Of a stretch of 64,000 nt of DNA, positions 49,009 through 57,427 are shown piece after piece. The DNA comes from Ilumatobacteraceae bacterium (lineage in GTDB: Bacteria; Actinomycetota; Acidimicrobiia; Acidimicrobiales; Ilumatobacteraceae), in assembly GCA_016463775.1 (NCBI GenBank), contig JAEMQQ010000001.1, forward strand, positions 8,070 through 72,069. The letters run 5' to 3'. Position numbers and translations under genes: made by a program. The notes under the pieces were generated by a model. It worked only from the letters and a program-made list of their open reading frames with translations. It had not been told where the DNA came from and did no database searches. How positions within the stretch are numbered: the first letter of the stretch is position 1; each line of letters opens with the position of its first letter.

Positions 49009-49775
49009 ATTCCGTGCTCGCCCATGAGGTCATCGGCATGGGCGATGACACCGTCGTCTTCGTTCACGGCTTCACCCAGACGCGCGCTTCGTGGCGAGTC
49101 GTCGCCGATTTGCTGGTTGCCCGCGTGCCCAACGTGCGATGTGTGCTGGTGGATTTGCCGGGCCACGGCGAATCCCGTGACGTCTCGCTCGATCTCGTCG
49201 AGACCGCCGCGCAAGTCGTGTCGTTCACCGCACGGGCCACCTACGTCGGATACTCCCTCGGTGCCCGCGTGGTGGCTCAGGCCGTCGCCCACCATCCGGC
49301 CCGTGTGGTGCGCGCGGCGCTGGTGAGCGGAACGGCCGGCATCGAAGAATCGAGCCAGCGCAGCGAGCGGGCCGGCGCCGATGATGCGCTTGCTGAACGA
49401 ATCATCCGCATTGGTGTCACGGCGTTCCTCGATGAATGGCTTGCCCAACCATTGTTTGCCGACCTCTCACCCGCGGTCGCCCAACTCGTCGAGCGACGAA
49501 GCAATACCGCACCCGGACTTGCCGACAGCCTGCGGCGCTGCGGGCAGGGTCAACAAGCACCGCTCTGGGATGAACTCGCGCGATCGAGCGTGCCGTTGTT
49601 GGCGATCGCCGGGTCACGGGATGTGAAATACGTGCAGTTGGCTCGCCGACTTGCCGCCAACACTCCCCACGGAACCCTGCGCATCATCGATGGTGCCGGC
49701 CACAGCGCACATCTTGAGCAGCCGCAGACGGTCGCCGAAGAACTCCGCTACTGGATGACCAATCCGACGACGTAG
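49005..49775 (+). CDS. menH: alpha/beta hydrolase, probable SHCHC synthase
   Basis: Motifs VVFVHGFTQTRASW, nucleophile elbow GYSLGAR, C-terminal GAGHSAHLEQP. men-cluster context. Confidence 0.65.
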   Translation: MNSVLAHEVIGMGDDTVVFVHGFTQTRASWRVVADLLVARVPNVRCVLVDLPGHGESRDVSLDLVETAAQVVSFTARATYVGYSLGARVVAQAVAHHPARVVRAALVSGTAGIEESSQRSERAGADDALAERIIRIGVTAFLDEWLAQPLFADLSPAVAQLVERRSNTAPGLADSLRRCGQGQQAPLWDELARSSVPLLAIAGSRDVKYVQLARRLAANTPHGTLRIIDGAGHSAHLEQPQTVAEELRYWMTNPTT

Positions 49776-50629
49776 AGACCCCCGATGATGAGTTGCGCAC
49801 GTGCCGTCATACCGAGTGCACGAACCAGTTCGGGTGCCGTTCGTGCGTTGCGCACGGTGGAGATTGCAGGGAGCGCGGCCAACAAGCCGACGATGCCGAG
49901 CAAGGCGAGGGGCTCGTCGAAGGCCGCCACCACGATGGCCACCGCCACACAGATGTAGACAGCGACATACAAGTGTCGCGAGCGCCGATCACCCAGACGA
50001 ACGGCGAGCGTTTTTTTGCCACTGACACGGTCATTCTCGATATCGCGGATGTTGTTCACGACGAGCAGCGCAACCGCCAGAAAACCGGCCACTGCCCCCG
50101 ACACAACGGCCAATCGTGGGAGGCGCTCGGTAATCACGAACGCCGTTCCGGCGGTGGCAACCACACCGAAGAACACGAAGACGAACACTTCGCCGAGCCC
50201 GACGTAACCGTACGGCTTTGGTCCACCGGTGTAAGTCCAGCCAGCGATCATGCTGACGAGCCCGACCGGTATCAACCACCAGGTGGTGAGCAGGGCAAGC
50301 ACACCACCCGCCACCGCTGCCACCGCGAACGCCAGGAGTGCTGCATTTTTCACCGCCCGCGCCGGCGCCACACCCGCAGCCACGAGCCGCAGCGGCCCGA
50401 CCCGTTCGTCGTCGGTGCCGCGCACACCGTCGGAGTAGTCGTTGGCGTAATTGACGGCTATCTGCAAAGCGAGGCTGACCACGAGCGCCAATCCCCCGTG
50501 CACCGCGATGCGCGTGACCGCAATATCAGACTCACCCGCAACGACGGCAATACCGATCGCCACGGGTACGACGGCGGCCGGCAGCGTGCGGGGTCGGGCA
50601 CCACTCACCCACTGCGCGACATTGGCCAT
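49748..50629 (-). CDS. menA: 1,4-dihydroxy-2-naphthoate polyprenyltransferase
   Basis: UbiA-family membrane protein with the MenA-type N-terminus WVSGARPRTLPAAVVPV and Asp-rich motifs NDYSDGVRGTD and NNIRDIENDRVSGKKTLAV. Confidence 0.88.
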   Translation of the reverse strand: MANVAQWVSGARPRTLPAAVVPVAIGIAVVAGESDIAVTRIAVHGGLALVVSLALQIAVNYANDYSDGVRGTDDERVGPLRLVAAGVAPARAVKNAALLAFAVAAVAGGVLALLTTWWLIPVGLVSMIAGWTYTGGPKPYGYVGLGEVFVFVFFGVVATAGTAFVITERLPRLAVVSGAVAGFLAVALLVVNNIRDIENDRVSGKKTLAVRLGDRRSRHLYVAVYICVAVAIVVAAFDEPLALLGIVGLLAALPAISTVRNARTAPELVRALGMTARAQLIIGGLYVVGLVIQ

Positions 50630-50683
50630 CGCTTCGCACGATAGTAGGAACCAACGCAATCCGGCGCTCGTTCACGGCATAGC

Positions 50684-51817
50684 GTGACGAGCGTGTCGGC
50701 CGCACCGAGGCTCATCGCCCTTGATCTTCCGGTGTCGATGCGTCTGTGCGAAGAAATCAGCCGCATCTGGGATGCCGGAGACGTCGTGCTTCCTCTCGAC
50801 CAACGCATGCTGCCTGCAGCACGACGTCGTCTTGCCGATGCGCTTGGTGCCGATGAAATCGTGCGTGTCGATGCAACCGAACGACTCGCAGTCTCGCCAT
50901 CGGCAACGCTCGAACCGCTCGTCGCCGGTGACGCATTGGTGATCGCCACGAGTGGTTCGACCGGGGCACCGAAAGGGGTCGTGCACACCCACCACACGCT
51001 GCGCACCCATGGCGAGATGGTCGGACGACAACTCGGCTTGTCGACCAGCGACCATTGGTGGTTGTGTCTGCCGGCGGCCCACATCGGGGGGTTCGGTGTG
51101 ATTGCCCGTGCGTTGCAATTTGGTTCCGTACTCAGTTGTGCAACGAGCGTTGACGACGACGTCATTCGCGCAGCACTCACCGGTGGCGCCACCCACACGG
51201 CAATCGTGCCGACCCTGCTCATTCGGCACAATTTCATCGATTGGAAACTGGTGCTCGTCGGTGGTGCACGAGCACCGGTGCTACCGGCCAATGCGACGGG
51301 CACGTACGGGCTGACCGAAACGTGTGGCGGGGTCGTGTACGACGGCAGCCCACTGGCCGGGGTGGAAGTGCGGGTCGACGCCGGGCATGTGTTCATCCGC
51401 ACCCCGACACGGGCACGCACGTACCGCCACGCGCCGTTGACCCTGAACGATGGTTGGCTCGACACCGGTGACGTCGGTGCGCTGCTCGACGGACGTCTGC
51501 ACATCGAGGGTCGACGCGACGATCTCATCATCACGGGTGGCAACAAGGTCTGGCCGCATGTGGTCGAGACACGCTTGCGCGAACATCCACTCGTTGCCGA
51601 TGCGGTCGTGCGCGGGGTACCCGACGACGAATGGGGTTCGATCGTCTGTGCGTGGATCACCCCGGCTTCGGCAACGCTCGTGCCGACCCTCGAGGCTCTG
51701 CGCAACCACGTGCGAGAAACCTTGGCGTCGTACTACGCGCCACGCAAGGTCAACATCGTCGCAGCCATCCCCCGCACGCCGCTCGGCAAAGTGATCGTGA
51801 CGGACCTACCCGGATGA
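50684..51817 (+). CDS. menE: o-succinylbenzoate--CoA ligase (short actinobacterial form)
   Basis: AMP-binding motifs ATSGSTGAPKGVVHTH, YGLTET, DTGD...L.I.GR.DD.I..GG.KV and C-terminal PRTPLGKV. GTG start. 377 aa. Confidence 0.8.
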   Translation: MTSVSAAPRLIALDLPVSMRLCEEISRIWDAGDVVLPLDQRMLPAARRRLADALGADEIVRVDATERLAVSPSATLEPLVAGDALVIATSGSTGAPKGVVHTHHTLRTHGEMVGRQLGLSTSDHWWLCLPAAHIGGFGVIARALQFGSVLSCATSVDDDVIRAALTGGATHTAIVPTLLIRHNFIDWKLVLVGGARAPVLPANATGTYGLTETCGGVVYDGSPLAGVEVRVDAGHVFIRTPTRARTYRHAPLTLNDGWLDTGDVGALLDGRLHIEGRRDDLIITGGNKVWPHVVETRLREHPLVADAVVRGVPDDEWGSIVCAWITPASATLVPTLEALRNHVRETLASYYAPRKVNIVAAIPRTPLGKVIVTDLPG

Positions 51818-53070
51818 GCGAGGCGCATTCGGCGAAGGACAAACTCCCCGCGGCGTTCTGGCGGCACTTCGGTGCGTCGACGACATCAAATCTCGGCGAC
51901 GGTCTCGTGGCTGGTGCAGCACCCCTCCTCGCGCTCACGCTCACCGACGATGCCCGGCTGCTGAGTGCGATCAGCGTTGCGGCGATGCTGCCGTGGTTCG
52001 TCATGTCGTTGCCGGTCGGTGTGTTCATCGATCGACACGAGCGTCGTCGCATCATGGCAACCGCCAACGCGATACGCGCGGTCATCTTCGTATTGGCAAC
52101 GACGGCCATCATCGCCGAAGTGATGACCATCTGGCTTTTGTTCACGGTCGTGCTCGCGCTCGCCGTCTGCGAGGTGTTTTATGACATGTCGGCACAGGCT
52201 TTTTTACCCGCCATCGTCGATGATCATCTGCTTGAAAAAGCGAACGGCCGGCTGTACGCCGCGGAAGTGGCGGCCAACTCGTTCGTCGGGCTCCCGCTCG
52301 GCACGTGGTTGTTCGTGCTGGCAGCTGCTGCCCCGTTCGGTGCGCAGGCCATCGCCCTGGTGATCGCTGCATTCCTCATTGCTTCGATCAAACCGAAGCG
52401 GGCATTCGTGGCCGTTCCCACGACCGAAAACTATGCCCAAAGCTTGCGGTCGGGCTTTACCTGGCTCTGGCGCAATCCACTGCTGCGCATGTTGGCCATC
52501 ATGCTGGGTGCGGCGAATATGTGCCACATGTTCGCCCAATCAATCTTCGCCAAGTACGTGCGTGACGAACTGGGCCTTGGCCCGCGTGCCTTTGGTCTGC
52601 TGCTTGCAACGGCAGCCATCGGGTCGATCATTGGTGGTCTGATCGGGGCGCGATTGGCAACCTGGCTCGGGCCATCCGTCGCCATCGTTTTGTCGTACAC
52701 GATGTTTGCCGCCCTCGAAATCGTGCCAGCGGTGCTGCCACGAGTGTGGGCTGTGGTGCTGGCCGGGCTGTTGATGGCCATCTTCGGCACGGTGTGGAAC
52801 GTCATCACGGTGAGTCTGCGCCAACGCATCATCCCCCAGGAACTCTTCGGCCGGGTCAACAGCGTCTACCGATTCATCGGCACCGGCACATCGGCTTTCG
52901 GCGCAATCATCGGCGGACAAATTGCGTTCTATTTCGGTTTGCGTGCAACGTATCTGGCATCGGCGCTGACGCTGGGCGTGGTGTTGCTGATTGGCGCGCC
53001 GCGCCTACTGCGACATTCGAAAAACTATATGGAACCCGAACGCACCCCGGCACCGCCGTCGATCACGTAG
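51814..53070 (+). CDS. MFS transporter (about 12 TM)
   Basis: Begins MSEAHSAKDKLPAAFWRHFGASTTSNLGDG..., followed by a D-R-x-x-R-R loop (FIDRHERRRIM) after TM2. The start overlaps the menE stop (ATGA). Confidence 0.8.
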   Translation: MSEAHSAKDKLPAAFWRHFGASTTSNLGDGLVAGAAPLLALTLTDDARLLSAISVAAMLPWFVMSLPVGVFIDRHERRRIMATANAIRAVIFVLATTAIIAEVMTIWLLFTVVLALAVCEVFYDMSAQAFLPAIVDDHLLEKANGRLYAAEVAANSFVGLPLGTWLFVLAAAAPFGAQAIALVIAAFLIASIKPKRAFVAVPTTENYAQSLRSGFTWLWRNPLLRMLAIMLGAANMCHMFAQSIFAKYVRDELGLGPRAFGLLLATAAIGSIIGGLIGARLATWLGPSVAIVLSYTMFAALEIVPAVLPRVWAVVLAGLLMAIFGTVWNVITVSLRQRIIPQELFGRVNSVYRFIGTGTSAFGAIIGGQIAFYFGLRATYLASALTLGVVLLIGAPRLLRHSKNYMEPERTPAPPSIT

Positions 53071-53774
53071 GTCTCACCGGTAATCCAACTGGCCTTGTCA
53101 GACGCCAGGAACAGCGCGAGATTGGCAATGTCGTCTGGTTCACCGATCCGACGCAGGGGCAGTTGGTTTGCCAGCCGCTCCCCGAAGTTTTCGATGAGCA
53201 CCGAAGCAAAATCGGTCCTCACCAAACCTGGTGCAATCCCAACGACGCGCGTTGGCCCGATTTCGCCCGCCAGTTGCCGTGTCATATGAATGAGGGCCGC
53301 CTTCGTGAGGTTGTACACACCGAGTGCGCCTTCGGCGCGCAGGCCGCCAACCGACGCGATGTTGATGATCACCCCGGGGTGTTGCTTCAGGTGGCTCTCC
53401 CAGGCGGCTTTGCACCAGAACAATGGCCCACGCAGGTTGACCTGGAACGTTTTGTCGTAACGCGATTCGTCGACTTCGAGCGTCGGACCCATGTAGGGGT
53501 TCGTGGCGGCGTTGTTGACCAAAATGTCGAGGCCACCAAAGCGTTCGATCGTTGCCGAGACACAGGCCTTGCCTGCTTCGACGTCACCGGAGTTTGCGGC
53601 AAAAATCTCGACGTCACCCACCATGTCTTTGCGGGCCTCGCGCAACGCATCTTCCTTGCGCGACGAGATCATGACTTTGGCACCTGCCGCGGCGAACTGC
53701 GTGGCGATGGCCTTACCGATACCACGCGAGGCACCGGTGACGAGTGCCACTTTTCCGTGCAATGAAAGTTCCAT
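53025..53774 (-). CDS. SDR-family oxidoreductase
   Basis: Motifs VTGASRGIGKAIA, NNAA, YNLTKAA (Y-x-x-x-K). Its 3' end overlaps the convergent MFS gene by 46 nt. Confidence 0.85.
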   Translation of the reverse strand: MELSLHGKVALVTGASRGIGKAIATQFAAAGAKVMISSRKEDALREARKDMVGDVEIFAANSGDVEAGKACVSATIERFGGLDILVNNAATNPYMGPTLEVDESRYDKTFQVNLRGPLFWCKAAWESHLKQHPGVIINIASVGGLRAEGALGVYNLTKAALIHMTRQLAGEIGPTRVVGIAPGLVRTDFASVLIENFGERLANQLPLRRIGEPDDIANLALFLASDKASWITGETYVIDGGAGVRSGSI

Positions 53775-53784
53775 GCGCCAAACC

Positions 53785-55098
53785 CTAGTTGGCGGACGGA
53801 ACGCCGCCAGCTGAAGGAACGCCGCCAGCGCGAGGCACGTAACGCACGAGGGTCACCCGTCGGCCGTCCAGTTCTTCGACACTCAGGCGAAAACCCGTGG
53901 CGTCGACACCGTCCCCGATACGGGGCATCCGGCCGATCATGCCGAACACGTAACCGCCGATGGTGTCGTACTCCCCGTTGCTGATGGTGATGCCCAATCG
54001 AGCGTTGACATCGTCGATGCCCACCGAACCTTCGACGAGCACGTCACCACCCGGTGCAGTGTGGAAACGAGAGTCGACATCATCGTGCTCGTCGACGATT
54101 TCACCGACGAGTTCCTCGAGGCAATCCTCCAACGAAACGATGCCACTGAATGCACCATATTCATCGGCGACGATGGTCAGGTGATTCTGGGTTCGTTGCA
54201 TCTCGCGCATGAGTTCAGCGACCGGTTTGCCTTCAGGAACGACATGGGCCTCGCGCATCAGGCCCTTCACGGGCTCGTCGCCACGGCCCTCTCTTTCGAC
54301 TCGCATGAGGTCTTTGGTGTTGACGGTGCCGGCAACGTCGTCGATGTCGTCGTCATCAATCCGGATGACGGGCATCCGACTGAATTGGTGTTCGATTGCC
54401 ACGGTCAATGCCTGCGAGACCGTCACCGACTCGTTTACGGTGATGATCTCATGGCGGGGGCGCATGATTTCTCGCACGACGGTGTCACCGAACTCGATCA
54501 CCGACTCGATCAGTTCCTGTTCTTCGGCTTCGATGATCGAGTCCTTGGCGGCTGCCTGCACGATCCCGAGGAATTCGGTCTCACTGATGAACGGGCCTTC
54601 CTTCAGGTCCTGGCCCTTCACGATCAGGTTGGTGATTCGAATCAGCAGGTTGGACACCACGCGTAGCGGCCAGAAGGCCGCGAGGGCCGACACGATCGGC
54701 GCAGTCGCCGTGGCGCCACGCACCGGATACAGCACCGCATATGTCTTGGGCACCGCTTCGGCCAGCACGAAAAAGACCACGACGTTCAACGCCACACCGA
54801 TGACGATGCCCGGTGCGCCAAAAACCCGGTTGGCAACCACGCCCGTGAGCGTCGCCTGCAGGGTTTGCAGGATGTTGACGGTGAGCAACAGCGGATTGAC
54901 CCAGCGTGTCGGATCGCTGGCGAGGCGCACGAGCAGGCGCCCACGCTTGAATCCATCGGCGAGCAACGCCTCGGCTTTTTGTTTCGTCATTCGCGACAGC
55001 GACATTTCAGCAAGCGACAGCAGCGTCAAAACGACCAGCAGCACACCGATGCCAACGAGCATCCATGTGTCGGCGCTGGTCAATGCGGCGGAAAACAT
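53785..55098 (-). CDS. CNNM/CorC-HlyC family membrane protein (DUF21 + CBS pair + CorC_HlyC)
   Basis: N-terminal TM region with LSLAEMSLSR, a central CBS pair (VREIMRPRHEI...), and a C-terminal transporter-associated domain (DTIGGYVFGMIGRMPRIGD). Position after ybeY as in other Actinobacteria. Confidence 0.85.
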   Translation of the reverse strand: MFSAALTSADTWMLVGIGVLLVVLTLLSLAEMSLSRMTKQKAEALLADGFKRGRLLVRLASDPTRWVNPLLLTVNILQTLQATLTGVVANRVFGAPGIVIGVALNVVVFFVLAEAVPKTYAVLYPVRGATATAPIVSALAAFWPLRVVSNLLIRITNLIVKGQDLKEGPFISETEFLGIVQAAAKDSIIEAEEQELIESVIEFGDTVVREIMRPRHEIITVNESVTVSQALTVAIEHQFSRMPVIRIDDDDIDDVAGTVNTKDLMRVEREGRGDEPVKGLMREAHVVPEGKPVAELMREMQRTQNHLTIVADEYGAFSGIVSLEDCLEELVGEIVDEHDDVDSRFHTAPGGDVLVEGSVGIDDVNARLGITISNGEYDTIGGYVFGMIGRMPRIGDGVDATGFRLSVEELDGRRVTLVRYVPRAGGVPSAGGVPSAN

Positions 55099-55101
55099 CG
55101 G

Positions 55102-55686
55102 TCAGTAGCCCTGGCTGAATATTTCGGGCGCTGGCGCCTGCCAGTGCAACTCTTCCAGCAGGGCACGTTCGCGTTGACGCATCTTGCCGGCATTCGCGTC
55201 ATCGTCGTGGTCGTAGCCGAGCACGTGCAGGATTCCATGGGTCACCAGCAACGCGATTTCGTCGTCGAGATTGCCGGCGTGCGACGATGCTTGCTCACTC
55301 GCAACGGCAGGACAAACCACCACATCCCCCACCAGCAGGGGCAATTCCCCGCCCTCGACTCGCGCCACGACGGGTGTTGCCGACCGTGCCGTTGGCCCGG
55401 CGGCGCGCGAATTGTCGACCATGTCGATCGGAAACGCCAGGACGTCGGTGGCATCGTCGATACCCATGTGCACCCGATTCATTTCCGTGATTGCCTCGCG
55501 CGAAACAAAGAGCAGCGCCATCTCGGCTTGACCTTTCACACCTTCAGCAGCGAGCACGCGCATGGCGAGTTGTTGCCAACGCCAGGAGTCAACCAGAACG
55601 TCACCTTGTTCGTCAGAGACGAACACTTCGACAAGCCCGTCACCACCGGAGCGATGCGGCGCAGCAGCTCGGGGACGCTCAATCAC
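55102..55686 (-). CDS. ybeY: rRNA maturation endoribonuclease YbeY
   Basis: Motifs TDVLAFP and the zinc site HGILHVLGYDH. The start is uncertain: GTG 55686 overlaps the phoH stop, and GTG 55626 is also possible. The track start at 55779 lies inside phoH. Confidence 0.85.
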   Translation of the reverse strand: MIERPRAAAPHRSGGDGLVEVFVSDEQGDVLVDSWRWQQLAMRVLAAEGVKGQAEMALLFVSREAITEMNRVHMGIDDATDVLAFPIDMVDNSRAAGPTARSATPVVARVEGGELPLLVGDVVVCPAVASEQASSHAGNLDDEIALLVTHGILHVLGYDHDDDANAGKMRQRERALLEELHWQAPAPEIFSQGY

Positions 55687-56668
55687 GATGTTTCGTGTCG
55701 CGCAATTGTGTGACGGCCTTGTCACCGGCGCGCTCGTACGCCGCCACGATGTCGGCGACGATTTTGTGTCGCACGACATCGGAATACTCGAGATGCACGA
55801 AGGTCAAACCGTCGACGTTGGTCAGCATGCGCTCCAGGCCGCTGAGCCCGCTGCGCCCACTCGGCACATCAACCTGCGTGGTGTCACCGGTGACGACCAC
55901 TTTTGATCCGAAACCAATTCGGGTGAGGAACATCTTCATCTGTTCCGGGGTTGTGTTCTGGGCTTCGTCAAGGATGATGAAACTGTTGCTCAGCGTGCGA
56001 CCACGCATGAAGGCCAGCGGTGCAACCTCGACCATGCCGCGTTCGAGATATTTCTGGGCGTTCTCGGCACCCACCATGTCATGCATCGCGTCGAACAGGG
56101 GGCGTAGGTACGGATCGATCTTGGCCATCAAGTCGCCGGGCAAAAAGCCGAGACGTTCACCCGCCTCTACCGCCGGGCGCGTGAGGATGATGCGCTGCAC
56201 CGATTTGCTCTGCAGAGCCTGGACGGCCATCGCCACGGCCAACCAACTCTTGCCGGTGCCGGCTGGCCCCAGCCCGAACGTGATGATGTGCTCGGCAATC
56301 GCATCGACATACCGACGCTGACCCGCGGTCTTGGCCCGCACCGGGCGTCCCTGGCCGACGCGCACGATGTCGGACGTCAGCACACTGCTCGGGCTCACGT
56401 CGTTGCGCACCATGTCGATGACACGACTCAGAATCACGAGGTCGAGCTGCTCGCCACGTTGCAACAACTCCGACAGTTCCTCGAACAAGCGACGAGCGAT
56501 CGCTGAATCCGGCCCCGACACATTGATTTCGTTGCCGCGCACCACGATGTTGGCCCCGGGGAATGCCTGTTCGACGTGGCGCAACAAGTGATCGCGCTCG
56601 CCGAGCAACGCCGCCATCAAATGTGGGCCGGGAACGACGATTGTCGCAGCGAGAGGAGCAATACTCAT
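55679..56668 (-). CDS. phoH: PhoH-family ATPase
   Basis: Walker A GPAGTGKSWLAVA, plus FLPGDL..K..PYLRPL.DA and IILDEAQN. Confidence 0.9.
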   Translation of the reverse strand: MSIAPLAATIVVPGPHLMAALLGERDHLLRHVEQAFPGANIVVRGNEINVSGPDSAIARRLFEELSELLQRGEQLDLVILSRVIDMVRNDVSPSSVLTSDIVRVGQGRPVRAKTAGQRRYVDAIAEHIITFGLGPAGTGKSWLAVAMAVQALQSKSVQRIILTRPAVEAGERLGFLPGDLMAKIDPYLRPLFDAMHDMVGAENAQKYLERGMVEVAPLAFMRGRTLSNSFIILDEAQNTTPEQMKMFLTRIGFGSKVVVTGDTTQVDVPSGRSGLSGLERMLTNVDGLTFVHLEYSDVVRHKIVADIVAAYERAGDKAVTQLRDTKHRD

Positions 56669-56704
56669 CTGGCGGAGAAGTAGCGATCAGTAGTCATGTA
56701 GCGA

Positions 56705-57313
56705 TCATGTCGCAGGGGTGCCCATGGCCTCTTTCATAGTATCCCCGTCGTCGCGTACGATGCCCGAGCGTGCACGTGTGAAATCGAGCGCATAATAACG
56801 TTGCGCTGCCAGCGGCACGAGTTCGACATCACCAACCATTTGCCCCATGCGCAGCATCAACTCTGCTGCCCCACCATCGTCAGCGGGTTGCTTTGCCTCG
56901 GGCAGGTCGAAAACAAGCAGCGCGCCATCGCGGGCTTCGACGGCAAGTGCCTCTTTGGCCAACGCAATATTCGCCCCCCGAATCGCCACTGCTGCATCCA
57001 CCACGACCCACATCACATAGTGCACGAGGCCCTTGCGCATGCGCTCGGTGTGATAGCGGCGAAAGTAATCGGCATTCAACCAACGGGTGGTCGTGATGTC
57101 CGTGGCAATCAACGTCATGACGATCGGCTGGTTGTCCTCCCACACCACCCAAACTCGATTGGTGGAATTCAGCAGAATTTCGTCGAACTCTGGCCGCGTG
57201 ACGATCTCTGAAAATGGCAGCAGCGGGTTGTCGGCGTAGGCGCGACGGTAGAACTCCCACAGGCGATCGCGCAGCACGGCATCACCAAGACGCGTGTGAC
57301 GAGAAATGAACAT
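56705..57313 (-). CDS. hypothetical protein (possibly a degenerate acetyltransferase-like fold)
   Basis: The ORF has plausible coding composition. I prefer ATG 57313, preceded by GGAGAC. The alternating beta-like segments (VWVVWEDNQPIVMTLIATD, VHYVMWVVVD) are only suggestive, and there is no clear AcCoA motif. Confidence 0.45.
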   Translation of the reverse strand: MFISRHTRLGDAVLRDRLWEFYRRAYADNPLLPFSEIVTRPEFDEILLNSTNRVWVVWEDNQPIVMTLIATDITTTRWLNADYFRRYHTERMRKGLVHYVMWVVVDAAVAIRGANIALAKEALAVEARDGALLVFDLPEAKQPADDGGAAELMLRMGQMVGDVELVPLAAQRYYALDFTRARSGIVRDDGDTMKEAMGTPAT

Positions 57314-57427
57314 GTGTCTCCAATAAGGTGCTCGCACACCCGAGGTCATTGACCTCCGCCGACCACAACCTTACCGAATCACGCCCCCGCAATTGGGGAT
57401 TCAGTACCGTGGGGCCGTGGTGTTTGC

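Noticed and set aside
50605-51705. 366-aa minus-strand ORF
   Set aside because: Antisense to menE (clear AMP-binding motifs). Ser/Thr/Pro/Arg-rich shadow.
52746-53765. 339-aa plus-strand ORF
   Set aside because: Antisense to the SDR gene and out of frame with the MFS gene. No motifs.
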